Both the position numbers and the translations under genes were made by a program. The notes under the pieces were generated by a model. That model worked only from the letters and a program-made list of their open reading frames with translations, did not search any database and was not told where the DNA came from. A stretch of 62,656 nt of DNA, the filler included. It is 5 parts of 5 records of this genome, joined end to end, with 100 filler letters (N's around TTAATTAATTAA, not from the genome) between each part and the next. Parts side by side here need not be neighbours in the genome. Positions count along the whole stretch, not along the records: positions 1 to 25,534 come from SRR20825010_3748; 4 more parts are not named here. The stretch is one strand, 5' to 3'. Positions 10,677 through 20,608 of this stretch are shown here, piece after piece. Each line of letters opens with the position of its first letter. Within the stretch, counting starts at the first letter, position 1.

Positions 10677-11567
10677 ATGGCACGAATTCTTCCTGTCACG
10701 GCCCTGCGCGCCTTCGAAGCTGCCGCACGGCATATGAGCTTCAAGCACGCAGCCGACGAGCTTGCCGTGACACCGACCGCGATCAGTCACCAGATTCGGC
10801 TCCTCGAAGAGAGTCTGGGATGCAAACTGTTCGACCGGAAACCGCGTCAGGTGCAGTTGACCCCGAAAGGGCAGGAGCTCTTCCCGGTACTGCGAAATGC
10901 ATTCGGTGCCATGGCCCTGGCCGTCGACAGCATTCGGACGCCAGTGCAAGACCGCAGCCTCACGCTCTCCGCCACGACCGGCTTTGCGGCAAGATGGCTG
11001 ATCCCGAGACTGGCACGATTCAATGCCGAGAATCCGGATCTGGTGCTGAAACTGCATGCCTCGGACGAGCCGGTCGACCTGCATGGCGGTGAGGCCGATA
11101 TCGCCATCCGGTACGGACAAGCACCCTTTCCGGGGCTTGTTGCGGAACCTCTCTTCGAAGAGCGCTTTGCTCCAATCTGCAGCCCGCATCTCGCCATTCG
11201 CGGCTATACCGATATGGCGACGGTCCCCCTGTTGCGCAGTGAATGGCGCCGTAGCGGCAAGCGTGTCCCGACATGGCCGCGCTGGTTTGCTGCCGCTGAC
11301 TTACCCGTCCCGACGATTGGGGCCACGACGATCTTTACCGATGACAACCATCTCGCTCAGGCGACCCTGGCCGGCCAGGGTATCGCCCTTTTAAGTCCGG
11401 TGCTTGTCGCCGGGGAATTAGCCGGCGGCGCGCTTGTTCAGCCCTTTGGACCGGAGCTGCCCGGCGACATTTACTATCTGGTACATACCGGCCGGGCGGA
11501 ACGGGAAGCTGAAATCCGGAGAGTGCATAGCTGGTTGAAAACAGAAGTCTTGCGGGCGTCGCTCTAG
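10677..11567 (+). CDS. LysR-family regulator (GcvA/TrpI-like)
   Basis: LRAFEAAARHMSFKHAADELAVTPTAISHQIRLLEE HTH; DIAIRYG; GQGIAL. Confidence 0.93.
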   Translation: MARILPVTALRAFEAAARHMSFKHAADELAVTPTAISHQIRLLEESLGCKLFDRKPRQVQLTPKGQELFPVLRNAFGAMALAVDSIRTPVQDRSLTLSATTGFAARWLIPRLARFNAENPDLVLKLHASDEPVDLHGGEADIAIRYGQAPFPGLVAEPLFEERFAPICSPHLAIRGYTDMATVPLLRSEWRRSGKRVPTWPRWFAAADLPVPTIGATTIFTDDNHLAQATLAGQGIALLSPVLVAGELAGGALVQPFGPELPGDIYYLVHTGRAEREAEIRRVHSWLKTEVLRASL

Positions 11568-11769
11568 GAGAGTGCGGCATTCCGACGCAGCTTTATTGCC
11601 GGAAACGTGCATTCCGGGCACCGGTTAGTCCGGTTCCGGCCCAAATACGACCGGAAATTCCGCCTCTCTTGCCCCACATTCATGGGTAGAAACCGGCCGA
11701 TCCGAAGTTCGTTTCGGTAAGCGGTTCTCATACGGTCAACACATGGACTTGCATGTGGGGAGAGATGCC

Positions 11770-12834
11770 ATGACCACCGCCTTCGACTCGCCCAGCTTCG
11801 ACGGACACGAAACCGTCAGTTATGCGTCCTGCCCCGAAACGGGTCTGCGCGCCATCATCGCCATTCACTCCACCGCCCTCGGCCCTGCCGCAGGCGGCTG
11901 CCGGATGCGCGCCTATGCCTCGACAGACGATGCCCTGACCGATGTGCTCCGCCTCTCGCGCGGCATGACCTACAAGAACGCCATGGCGGAACTCCCGCTT
12001 GGCGGCGGCAAGGCCGTGGTGATCGGCAATCCGGCGACGGACAAGAGCGATGCCTTTCTTGAAAGCCTCGGCGATGCCGTGGAGCGGCTCGGCGGCGCCT
12101 ACTGGATCGCCGAAGACATGGGCATCGGCCCCGAGGATATGGAAAAGGTCGCCCGCCGCACCCGCTATGTCGCCGGGCTGAGATCCGGCAAGGCGGCCAG
12201 CGGAGATCCCTCGCCCGTGACCGCCGAGGGCGTTTTCCGGGGCATCAGGATCGCGGTGAAGCACAAGCTGGAACGGCCGAGCGTGAAGGGCCTGACCGTG
12301 GCCATCCAGGGCATCGGCCATGTCGGCTATGCATTGGCAAAGCTGCTGCATGAGGCAGGCGCCAATCTGATCGTCAGTGACGTGAACGAGATCGCGCTGA
12401 AAAAGGCCGAACGGGAACTCGGCGCCCGCGTGGTTTCCCTGGAGGAGATCTACGACGCCCCTGCCGATATCTTCGCTCCCTGCGCCGCCGGGGCGGTGCT
12501 GAACCCGGACACCATTCCGCGCCTGAAAGTCCCGGTCGTCGCCGGTGCCGCGAACAACCAGCTCGACACACCGGAAAGCGAGATGCTGCTGAAACAGCGC
12601 GACATTCTCTATGCACCGGATTACGTCATCAATGGCGGCGGCATCATCAACGTCGCCGCCGAAATCGCCGGGCGCTACGATCCGGTCTGGGTGCAGGCGC
12701 GGCTCGATTGCCTTATGGAAACCCTGGACGGCGTCTTCGCCGAAGCCGCCCGGCTCGATCTGCCTGCGGGCGAAGTGGCGGACCGGATGGCGCGGTCGAG
12801 GATTGACGCGGCAAAGTTACGGAAGGCGGGTTAG
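11770..12834 (+). CDS. Leucine dehydrogenase (Glu/Leu/Phe/Val dehydrogenase family)
   Basis: IAIHSTALGPAAGGCR, GMTYKNA, GGGKAV, GDPSPVTA, QGIGHVG, GAANNQL. Confidence 0.92.
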   Translation: MTTAFDSPSFDGHETVSYASCPETGLRAIIAIHSTALGPAAGGCRMRAYASTDDALTDVLRLSRGMTYKNAMAELPLGGGKAVVIGNPATDKSDAFLESLGDAVERLGGAYWIAEDMGIGPEDMEKVARRTRYVAGLRSGKAASGDPSPVTAEGVFRGIRIAVKHKLERPSVKGLTVAIQGIGHVGYALAKLLHEAGANLIVSDVNEIALKKAERELGARVVSLEEIYDAPADIFAPCAAGAVLNPDTIPRLKVPVVAGAANNQLDTPESEMLLKQRDILYAPDYVINGGGIINVAAEIAGRYDPVWVQARLDCLMETLDGVFAEAARLDLPAGEVADRMARSRIDAAKLRKAG

Positions 12835-12843
12835 CCCCCCGGC

Positions 12844-13287
12844 TCACGTCAGCGCGGCAACGCCATCCCGCAAATCGGGTGATGCATCGAAGCCGCGCAT
12901 GGCGAGCATGACGGTACGCGGGATTTCCTGCTCCCCCGCTTCATAGTTCTGAACCGTCCGGCTGGTCAGCCCAAGCGCCGACGCCGCCATGGTCTGCGAC
13001 ATGCCGTGCCCCTTCCGCCAGGCGCGAAAGAACATGGCAAGCGCTGTCCGGTGCAGGGACGTTGCATCGATTTCAATGCCGCACGGCCATTCCACGGCGA
13101 TGCCGCCATCGACAATCCGGCCCGTCTCGAAAATCTCGGGGTCGAGAAGCGGCTTCAGCTTCGGCCGGTTCCTGGCCCGCTCGGCAAAATCTATTTCGAG
13201 CTTTTCGCCCGTGTGGAAAACCAGCTCGGCCACGGCGGAATGCCCTTCCGTGCGAAACCGGACATCCTGGATTCTGAACAACTCCAT
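12844..13287 (-). CDS. DUF2442-like domain plus XRE HTH, putative antitoxin
   Basis: N-terminal DUF2442-like segment (LDPEIF...GIAVEWPCGIEIDATSL); C-terminal HTH (WRKGHGMSQTMAASALGLTSRTVQNYEAGEQEIP); TGATG overlap with upstream gene. Confidence 0.8.
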   Translation of the reverse strand: MELFRIQDVRFRTEGHSAVAELVFHTGEKLEIDFAERARNRPKLKPLLDPEIFETGRIVDGGIAVEWPCGIEIDATSLHRTALAMFFRAWRKGHGMSQTMAASALGLTSRTVQNYEAGEQEIPRTVMLAMRGFDASPDLRDGVAALT

Positions 13288-13511
13288 CAGTTCAACTCCG
13301 CCCATTTCGCCTCAAGCAACGCACGATGCTCCGCCGCCCACTCAAGGGCCTCCCGAATCTCCCGCGCCGGAAGCCCCGCGAGAATCCTGTTATCCTCAAG
13401 CGCGACCAGCGCTTCGCGATGATCGGCCGTGATCACATGGAAATGCGGCGGGAGATGATCGTCGAAATACATCACGATCCTGCAATTCGCGAATATCCTG
13501 ATTGTCGGCAT
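13287..13511 (-). CDS. DUF4160-family protein, putative toxin
   Basis: 74 aa; MPTI...IVMYFDDHLPPHFHV...EWA...LLEAKWAELN fits the DUF4160 pattern. Confidence 0.85.
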   Translation of the reverse strand: MPTIRIFANCRIVMYFDDHLPPHFHVITADHREALVALEDNRILAGLPAREIREALEWAAEHRALLEAKWAELN

Positions 13512-13536
13512 CCGGTAGACCCGCGCTGCAAATAAT

Positions 13537-13551
13537 ACGAAAATTTTTCGT
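13537..13551. promoter_or_regulatory. Palindromic operator upstream of the toxin-antitoxin pair
   Basis: Perfect ACGAAAA-T-TTTTCGT, 25 bp upstream of the toxin ATG and adjacent to a TATTAT -10-like hexamer on the minus strand. Confidence 0.65.
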
Positions 13552-13740
13552 GTTTGTATCCCCAAATATGAGAGGAACAGGCCGGTTTTTCGGGTGCGCC
13601 CAGGAAACATCCCTCACGCGGAGTCTCCCGAAGCCATCGCAGCGGTTCAGCCATCATCCGGATGATCGTGCCCCCGCCTTGCCTCCCGACCGCACCGGCC
13701 CTAGAGTCCGCCTCGTCTGAGACATCTGAAAGGTCGGGAC

Positions 13741-14946
13741 ATGTCCTCCGGCAAGCGAGTCCTGTTGATCGTCGGTGGCGGCATCGCCGCCTATAAGGCG
13801 CTGGAGCTGGTGCGGCTGCTGCGCAAGCGCGGGATATCCGTGCGCGCGGTGCTGACGAAAGCGGGCGAGGAATTCGTCACGCCGCTCAGCCTCTCGGCGC
13901 TGACCGAGGACAAGGTCTATACCGATCTCTTCTCCCTTACCGACGAGGCGGAGATGGGGCATATCCAGCTTTCCCGTTCCGCCGATCTGGTCGTCGTCGC
14001 GCCTGCCACCGCCGATTTGCTGGCGAAGATGCGGGCCGGGCTGGCGGGCGATCTTGCCTCCACCCTGTTGCTGGCGACCGACACCCCCGTGCTGGCCGCA
14101 CCGGCGATGAATGTCCGGATGTGGACCCATGCGGCGACGCAGGAGAATGTGAAGGTTCTGGCCGAACGCGGCATTTCCTTCATCGGACCGGACGAGGGCG
14201 ACATGGCCTGCGGCGAGTTCGGGCCGGGGCGCATGGCGGAACCGGCGGCGATTGCCGAAGCTGTCGCGGCGCAGCTCGACCCGGCGGCAAAACCGCTGGC
14301 GGGCAAGCGCGCCGTGGTCACCAGCGGGCCGACATATGAGCCGATCGATCCGGTGCGCTATATCGCAAACCGGTCTTCCGGCAAGCAGGGGCACGCCATC
14401 GCGGCAGCGCTTGCGGCAGCAGGCGCCGAGGTGACCCTGGTCACCGGCCCGACGCGGGAGGCCGATCCTGTGGGCGTCACCGTCCGGCATATCGAAACCG
14501 CGCGGCAGATGCTGGCCGGGGTCGAAGCCGCCCTGCCCGCCGATATCGCCATCTTCGCCGCCGCCGTCGCCGACTGGCGCGTGGCCGAGGAAGCCACACA
14601 GAAGTTGAAGAAGAACGGCAGCGGGGATATCCCGTCGCTCGCCATGACCGAAAACCCGGACATCCTGAAGACGGTTTCCGGGCTTGACGGAAAACGGCCC
14701 GCACTGGTCATTGGTTTCGCAGCCGAAACGGAAAACGTCATTCCCCACGCCACCGAGAAACGCACCCGCAAGGGCTGCGACTGGATCATGGCCAACGATG
14801 TCAGCCCGGCGACGGGGACTTTCGGCGGGGATGCCAACACCATTCACCTGATCACCGGGGACGGTGCCGAGGACTGGCCCACCCTGACCAAGAAGGAAGT
14901 GGCGGTGAAGCTCGCCACCCGCATCACGGAGCATTTCACGGCATGA
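13741..14946 (+). CDS. coaBC: Phosphopantothenoylcysteine decarboxylase/synthase
   Basis: [45 protein letters not shown]. Confidence 0.96.
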   Translation: MSSGKRVLLIVGGGIAAYKALELVRLLRKRGISVRAVLTKAGEEFVTPLSLSALTEDKVYTDLFSLTDEAEMGHIQLSRSADLVVVAPATADLLAKMRAGLAGDLASTLLLATDTPVLAAPAMNVRMWTHAATQENVKVLAERGISFIGPDEGDMACGEFGPGRMAEPAAIAEAVAAQLDPAAKPLAGKRAVVTSGPTYEPIDPVRYIANRSSGKQGHAIAAALAAAGAEVTLVTGPTREADPVGVTVRHIETARQMLAGVEAALPADIAIFAAAVADWRVAEEATQKLKKNGSGDIPSLAMTENPDILKTVSGLDGKRPALVIGFAAETENVIPHATEKRTRKGCDWIMANDVSPATGTFGGDANTIHLITGDGAEDWPTLTKKEVAVKLATRITEHFTA

Positions 14947-15401
14947 CTACCGCCACCGTCGACGTCCGCGTCCGCCGCCTGCCGCACGGCGCCGATCTCC
15001 CGCTGCCGGAATACCAGACACCTGACAGCGCCGGCATGGATCTGATGGCAGCGATCTCAGAGGATGTCGTTCTTGCGCCGGGTGAGCGGATGCTGATTCC
15101 GACCGGCCTCTCGATTGCCCTGCCGCCGGGATTCGAGGCGCAGGTGCGGCCGCGCTCCGGGCTGGCGCTGCGCAATGGCGTGACACAGGTGAACACACCC
15201 GGCACCATCGATGCGGATTATCGCGGCGAGATCGGCGTTATCCTGATCAATCACGGCCAGGAGCCCTTCACCGTGACTCGCGGCATGCGCATCGCGCAGA
15301 TGCTTGTGGCGCCGGTGATCCAGGCGCGCTGGCAGGAAGTCGAAGAGCTGGACGAGACGGCACGCGGCAGTGGCGGTTTCGGCTCCACCGGCACCGGCTG
15401 A
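14943..15401 (+). CDS. dut: dUTP diphosphatase
   Basis: [40 protein letters not shown] overlap with coaBC. Confidence 0.97.
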   Translation: MTTATVDVRVRRLPHGADLPLPEYQTPDSAGMDLMAAISEDVVLAPGERMLIPTGLSIALPPGFEAQVRPRSGLALRNGVTQVNTPGTIDADYRGEIGVILINHGQEPFTVTRGMRIAQMLVAPVIQARWQEVEELDETARGSGGFGSTGTG

Positions 15402-15537
15402 GCGCTGCTGCCCGGGCGCTGCTGATCCGGCGCTGGCGCACGAACACGCACACACTCTTTCCGCACCGCCTGTTTAAGGGGCGGACGGCACTGACCAGCT
15501 TGAACGGGACACCACATCCCAAAGGGAGGAACACCAG

Positions 15538-16497
15538 ATGAGCGCACCAGAATTCCGCGGAAAAATCTACGACAGCATCCTCGATACGATAGGCGCCACC
15601 CCTCTCGTCCGGGTCTCGAAGCTGGCAGCAGCCAAGGGCGTCAAGGCGGACATCCTGGCAAAGCTCGAATTCTTCAACCCGCTGGCTTCCGTGAAAGACC
15701 GGATCGGCCGGGCGATGATCGAAGCCGCCGAGGCATCGGGGGCGCTGAAGCCGGGCGCCACCATCATCGAGCCGACCAGCGGCAATACCGGCATCGGCCT
15801 TGCCTTCGTGGCGGCGGCCAAGGGCTACAAGCTGATCCTGACCATGCCGGAATCCATGTCGATCGAGCGCCGCAAGATGCTGGCGTTCCTCGGTGCCGAA
15901 ATCGTGCTGACCGAAGCACCGCTCGGCATGAAGGGCGCCATCGCGAAAGCCGAGGAGCTGGTTGCCAAAACGCCCGGCGCCTTCATGCCGCAGCAGTTCG
16001 CCAACCCGGCAAACCCGGATGTCCATGTCCGCACCACGGCGGAGGAAATCTGGGCGGATACCGGCGGCAATGTCGACGCCTTCGTCTCGGGTATCGGCAC
16101 CGGCGGCACCATCACCGGCGCCGGTGGCGTGCTGAAGCAGCGCAATCCGAAACTCCATGTCGTCGCCGTCGAGCCGGAAGCCAGCCCGGTGCTGTCCGGC
16201 GGCAGCCCGGCACCACACAAGATCCAGGGGATCGGGGCCGGTTTCGTGCCGGAAATTCTCGACACGAAGATCTATGACGAGATCGTCAAGGTCAGCAACG
16301 AGACCGCGATTGACGTCAGCCGCGAGGCCGCCCGCATCGAGGGCCTGCCGGCCGGAATCTCTTCCGGCGCCGCCCTTGCCGCCGCCTTCGAGATCGGCAA
16401 GCGCCCGGAGATGGAAGGCAAGCGGATCGTCGTCATCATCCCGAGCTTTGCCGAACGCTATCTCTCGACCGCCCTGTTCGAGGGCCTGGGGGAATAA
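15538..16497 (+). CDS. cysK: Cysteine synthase A
   Basis: [38 protein letters not shown]. Confidence 0.96.
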   Translation: MSAPEFRGKIYDSILDTIGATPLVRVSKLAAAKGVKADILAKLEFFNPLASVKDRIGRAMIEAAEASGALKPGATIIEPTSGNTGIGLAFVAAAKGYKLILTMPESMSIERRKMLAFLGAEIVLTEAPLGMKGAIAKAEELVAKTPGAFMPQQFANPANPDVHVRTTAEEIWADTGGNVDAFVSGIGTGGTITGAGGVLKQRNPKLHVVAVEPEASPVLSGGSPAPHKIQGIGAGFVPEILDTKIYDEIVKVSNETAIDVSREAARIEGLPAGISSGAALAAAFEIGKRPEMEGKRIVVIIPSFAERYLSTALFEGLGE

Positions 16498-16502
16498 GCG
16501 GC

Positions 16503-17291
16503 ATGGAACTGAATGACGAGCAGTTCCACCGCTATGCCCGCCACCTGATTCTGGACGAGGTCGGCGAGGAGGGGCAGGAGCGCCTTCTCGCTTCCCGCGT
16601 CCTGGTCATCGGCGCCGGCGGGCTCGGCTCGCCGCTGCTGCTCTATCTCGCTGCGGCCGGGGTCGGCACCCTCGGCATCATCGATGACGACGAAGTGGAC
16701 CTGACCAATCTGCAGCGGCAGATCGCCCATGGCACCGCCTCGGTCGGCACGTCAAAGGTCGCCTCGGCGGCGGAGTCCGTCGCCCGGATCAATCCGGGTA
16801 TCCAGGTGAACCGGTACGAGGAACGCCTGACCGCCGAAAACGCGGCGACGCTGTTTGCCGACTATGACCTGATTGCCGACGGTAGTGATAATTTTACCAC
16901 ACGTTATCTTGTGAATGATGCCGCTTATCTCTCCGGCAAGCCTCTGGTCTCCGGCTCCCTGCTGCGTTTCGAGGGTCAGCTTGCGACCTTCCGGGGCGGC
17001 GTTCCCGGCCATGAGGGCGAGCCCTGCTATCGCTGTCTGTTCCCGACCGAGCCGCCGCCGGGCATGATTCCGCGCTGCGAGGAGGCTGGTATTCTGGGCG
17101 CTGTTGCCGGTGTGATCGGCACGCTGCAAGCCACTGAAGTCCTGAAGGAATTGCTCGATCTCGGCAGCAGCCTGTCCGGCCATCTGCTGATCTATGACGC
17201 GCTCGGCCCGACCTTCCGGAAGATGAAAGCCGCCCGCGATCCGGGCTGCGCGTTGTGCGGTACCGACCCGACCATCCGCGAAATCGCCTGA
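16503..17291 (+). CDS. MoeB/ThiF-family adenylyltransferase
   Basis: RYARHLIL, GAGGLGSP, NLQRQ, CYRC and CALC zinc motifs. Confidence 0.92.
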   Translation: MELNDEQFHRYARHLILDEVGEEGQERLLASRVLVIGAGGLGSPLLLYLAAAGVGTLGIIDDDEVDLTNLQRQIAHGTASVGTSKVASAAESVARINPGIQVNRYEERLTAENAATLFADYDLIADGSDNFTTRYLVNDAAYLSGKPLVSGSLLRFEGQLATFRGGVPGHEGEPCYRCLFPTEPPPGMIPRCEEAGILGAVAGVIGTLQATEVLKELLDLGSSLSGHLLIYDALGPTFRKMKAARDPGCALCGTDPTIREIA

Positions 17292-17467
17292 TCTTCGCCT
17301 TAATTCGGTCCTGATCGGCATGTGTCATATGCCACTGTAACAATCGATAACGGATTGGAAATAATCCGATCGGTTACCATATGTTTACATATCAAGTGAG
17401 CATAATGATGAGATCGCTGATTTCGCAATCGGGTGAAGTTCGGAGCGATCCGGGAGAGTAAGAACTA

Positions 17468-17647
17468 ATGAATGGGCGCAAATCAAAAAAACGAAACGGC
17501 GGCAACGGCGTGGTGCCAAGCGAAGCCGATCTCCAGGCCAGCGGGTCCTGGGGTCTGCCCCTTCTCGGCCTCACCATTGTATTCAGCCTGGTACTGGTCG
17601 GCGTGATGGTTGGCTCCGGCGATGCCAGTGCCTTTTTCGGTCACTGA
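17468..17647 (+). CDS. Small single-transmembrane protein (59 aa; not in ORF track)
   Basis: MNGRKSKKRNGGNGVVPSEADLQASGSWGLPLLGLTIVFSLVLVGVMVGSGDASAFFGH; GGGAGAG RBS; fills the moeB-dehydrogenase gap. Confidence 0.65.
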   Translation: MNGRKSKKRNGGNGVVPSEADLQASGSWGLPLLGLTIVFSLVLVGVMVGSGDASAFFGH

Positions 17648-17666
17648 TCCCTTTAGGCTGAAGCAC

Positions 17667-18653
17667 TCAGAACTCGAGCTCTAACACCCTGTCCGGCGGC
17701 CGGTGGCCATCGACGAACGTCTTCACGTTCACGATCACCTTTTCCCCCATATCGATCCGTCCCTCGATCGTCGCCGAGCCCATATGCGGCAGCAGCACGA
17801 CATTGGACAGCTTCAGCAGCTTTGGATCGACCTGCGGCTCGTGCTCGAAAACATCGAGGCCCGCGCCCGCGAAATCCCGGTTAGACAGCGCCTGCACCAA
17901 CGCTTCCTCGTCCACCACCTCGCCGCGCGAGGTGTTGACCAGATAGGCGTGCGGCTGCAGCAGCGAGAGCCGCCGCGCATTCAGCATGTGATAGGTGGCG
18001 GGCGTACGCGGGCAATTCACCGAAACGATATCCATCCGGGACAGCATCTGGTCCAGATTGTCCCAATAGGTCGCTTCCAGCTCCTGCTCCGTCTCCGGAT
18101 GCAGGCGGCGGCGGTTGTGATAATGGATCGACAGCCCGAAGCCGCGGGCCCGCTTCGCAACGGCCTGACCGATCCGACCCATGCCGATGATGCCAAGGCG
18201 CTTGCCGTGGATCCGGTGCCCGAGCATCACCGTCGGCCCCCAGCCTTCCCATTTTCCGGAACGCACCAGCTTTTCGCCCTCGACCAGACGGCGCGGCACC
18301 GAAAGGATCAGCGCCATGGTCATGTCCGCCGTATCCTCGGTCAGCACGCCCGGGGTGTTGGTGACGACGATACCTTTCTTCTTGGCCGCGGGCACATCGA
18401 TATGATCGACACCGGTGCCGAAAGAGGCAATCAGCTTCAGGGCCGGGCCGGCTTCCTCAATCAGTTTCGCGTCGAGCTTGTCGGTCACGGTCGGGATCAG
18501 GATGTCCGCCTCGGCCATGGCGGCCTTGAGCTGATCCCGGGAGAATGGCTCGTCCGTCATGTTCAGCCGCGTATCGAACAGCTCCATCATCCGGGTTTCC
18601 ACCGGATCCGGTAGCTTCCGCGTGACGATGACAAGCGGCTTGCTGGTTGTCAT
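17667..18653 (-). CDS. D-glycerate dehydrogenase / glyoxylate reductase (D-2-hydroxyacid dehydrogenase family)
   Basis: VTNTPGVLTEDTAD, GMGRIG, NTSRG, LDVFEHEP, PHMGSAT. Confidence 0.92.
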   Translation of the reverse strand: MTTSKPLVIVTRKLPDPVETRMMELFDTRLNMTDEPFSRDQLKAAMAEADILIPTVTDKLDAKLIEEAGPALKLIASFGTGVDHIDVPAAKKKGIVVTNTPGVLTEDTADMTMALILSVPRRLVEGEKLVRSGKWEGWGPTVMLGHRIHGKRLGIIGMGRIGQAVAKRARGFGLSIHYHNRRRLHPETEQELEATYWDNLDQMLSRMDIVSVNCPRTPATYHMLNARRLSLLQPHAYLVNTSRGEVVDEEALVQALSNRDFAGAGLDVFEHEPQVDPKLLKLSNVVLLPHMGSATIEGRIDMGEKVIVNVKTFVDGHRPPDRVLELEF

Positions 18654-18813
18654 GGGATTTATCCTTCGCCCCGATACCCTGTTCTTCCGGGAAATATCAG
18701 GCGCCCGGTGAATTGTCCACAAAGCGGCAAGTATCTCCGCTATATAGCGGCGCGCCCTCTTACTCCACCCCAATTGTAGTGGTAGGATGGGCTCTCATTC
18801 CGGGATACGCACC

Positions 18814-19332
18814 ATGTTTCTGAAACCGCTCTCGCTGATCCTCGCCCTGCTGATCGTGCCAACATCCCTGCTTGCCGGCCTGAACACGGCGGCGCGGGCG
18901 GAGACCGTGGGCAGCGTGACCGGCCTGCCGATCCCCCGCTACGTCACGCTCCAGGCGGAAGAGGTCAATGTCCGGACCGGCCCCGGCGTGCGCTATCCGG
19001 TGGACTGGGTGTTCGTGCGGGAGAACATGCCGGTCGAGATCGTCTCCGAATTCGAGAACTGGCGGAAGGTCCGGGATTTCGAAGGCACCGAGGGCTGGGT
19101 GCATCAGAGCATGCTGTCCGGCCGCCGCTCCGTGCTGGTGATTGGCCGCAACCGGACACTCCGGCGTGAGTCGGCGGACAGCTCCCCGGCCGTGGCGCAT
19201 CTGGAGCCCGGCGTGATCGCCTGGCTGGAAAGCTGCGCGCAGGAATGGTGCGAGATCGAAGTGTCCGGCCTCAGCGGCTGGGTACACAGGTCGGCGATCT
19301 GGGGAATACGGGTAGACGAGTCGTTGCGCTAG
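18814..19332 (+). CDS. Exported tandem bacterial SH3-domain protein
   Basis: Signal peptide; GLPIPRYV, VNVRTGPG, WRKVRD..G..GWVH, second repeat WCEI..GWV. Confidence 0.88.
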   Translation: MFLKPLSLILALLIVPTSLLAGLNTAARAETVGSVTGLPIPRYVTLQAEEVNVRTGPGVRYPVDWVFVRENMPVEIVSEFENWRKVRDFEGTEGWVHQSMLSGRRSVLVIGRNRTLRRESADSSPAVAHLEPGVIAWLESCAQEWCEIEVSGLSGWVHRSAIWGIRVDESLR

Positions 19333-19372
19333 GGGCAGAGGGCGCTAGAAACACACGGACTTTTGATCCGCC

Positions 19373-19822
19373 CTAAAGCTCTTTCGCCTTCAGGCGGATG
19401 ATCAGGTCGACCCGCTCGATCTCCGTGCCTTCCGGAGCGTCCGGCAGGTTCACGAAACCAACCCGTTCCGCCGGAATATCCGTCAGCCGCAACTCGTCCT
19501 CGACGAAGAAGTGATGATGATCCGTGGTGTTCGTATCGAAATACGAACGGCCGGATTCCACGACAACTTCGCGCAGCAGGCCGGATCCGGTGAACTGGTG
19601 CAGCGTGTTATAAACAGTGGCAAGCGAGACCGCGATCCCGGCTTCACCAGCTTCCTTGTGAAGCTGCTCCGCCGTCACGTGGCGATCGCCCGCAGCATAC
19701 AGCAGGTCCGCGAGTGCGAGACGCTGACGCGTCGGGCGCAATCCGGCCCGCGTCAGGCGGCCGGACAGGCTCTGCATATCGCCCAGGCTCTGCGTTTCAC
19801 TAGGGGTTTCTGCACTGCTCAT
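19373..19822 (-). CDS. irr: Iron response regulator Irr (Fur family)
   Basis: GLRPTRQR, RHVTAE, VSLATVYNTLHQF, FDTNTTDHHHF; divergent from fabA as in alphaproteobacteria. Confidence 0.92.
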   Translation of the reverse strand: MSSAETPSETQSLGDMQSLSGRLTRAGLRPTRQRLALADLLYAAGDRHVTAEQLHKEAGEAGIAVSLATVYNTLHQFTGSGLLREVVVESGRSYFDTNTTDHHHFFVEDELRLTDIPAERVGFVNLPDAPEGTEIERVDLIIRLKAKEL

Positions 19823-20073
19823 TCCCGGTCTTCCATTCGGTCTCTCGGGGTTTCGTCGCTCGGGCACATCAATCATAAGAAAGAGCGTTAATCCGCCCCA
19901 TATGTCAAGTCATCGGGTATCACACTCCACCTGATTGCTTGCACTCACCACCATATTTAGGGTAGGCGGTGCATGAAATGTGAGAGATGGCGCGGTCGCG
20001 CGGTTGCAGTCTATCATGGGACCAGACAGGGTCCCGCCTGACGACAAGCGCTGGCGTACGGGAAGGAACGGCA

Positions 20074-20607
20074 TTGTTGGACTTCAAGGAAAAGAACAGC
20101 TTCGGGTACGAAGACCTGATCAAATGCGCCAAGGGAGAGCTTTTCGGCCCCGGGAATGCGCAACTTCCGATGCCACCGATGCTGATGTTCGACCGTATCA
20201 CCAATCTCTCGACCAGCGGCGGGGCCTATGACAAGGGCTCGGTCACGGCCGAGTACGACATCAAGCCGGACCTCTGGTTCTTCGATTGTCATTTCGTCGG
20301 CGACCCGGTGATGCCGGGCTGCCTCGGCATGGACGCCCTCTGGCAGCTGCTCGGCTTCACGCTCGGCTGGATGGGCGGTCCGGGATCCGGCCGCGCAATC
20401 TCGGTCGGCGAAGTGAAATTTTCCGGTCAGGTGCTGCCGTCCGCAAAGCTGCTGACCTACACGCTGGATCTGAAGCGCGTTATCATGCGCAAGCTTTATA
20501 TGGGGATCGCCGACGGCCGCGTTGAATGCGATGGCGTCACGGTCTTCGAGGCCAAGGATATTCGCGTCGGACTTTTCCAGAACACGGCAACCGAAGGGGC
20601 AAATTGA
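20074..20607 (+). CDS. fabA: 3-hydroxydecanoyl-ACP dehydratase/isomerase
   Basis: [31 protein letters not shown] start after GGAAGGA (20074 or 20077). Confidence 0.95.
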   Translation: MLDFKEKNSFGYEDLIKCAKGELFGPGNAQLPMPPMLMFDRITNLSTSGGAYDKGSVTAEYDIKPDLWFFDCHFVGDPVMPGCLGMDALWQLLGFTLGWMGGPGSGRAISVGEVKFSGQVLPSAKLLTYTLDLKRVIMRKLYMGIADGRVECDGVTVFEAKDIRVGLFQNTATEGAN

Positions 20608-20608
20608 T

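Noticed and set aside
18713-18721. DnaA-box-like TTGTCCACA
   Set aside because: Single one-mismatch 9-mer; expected by chance
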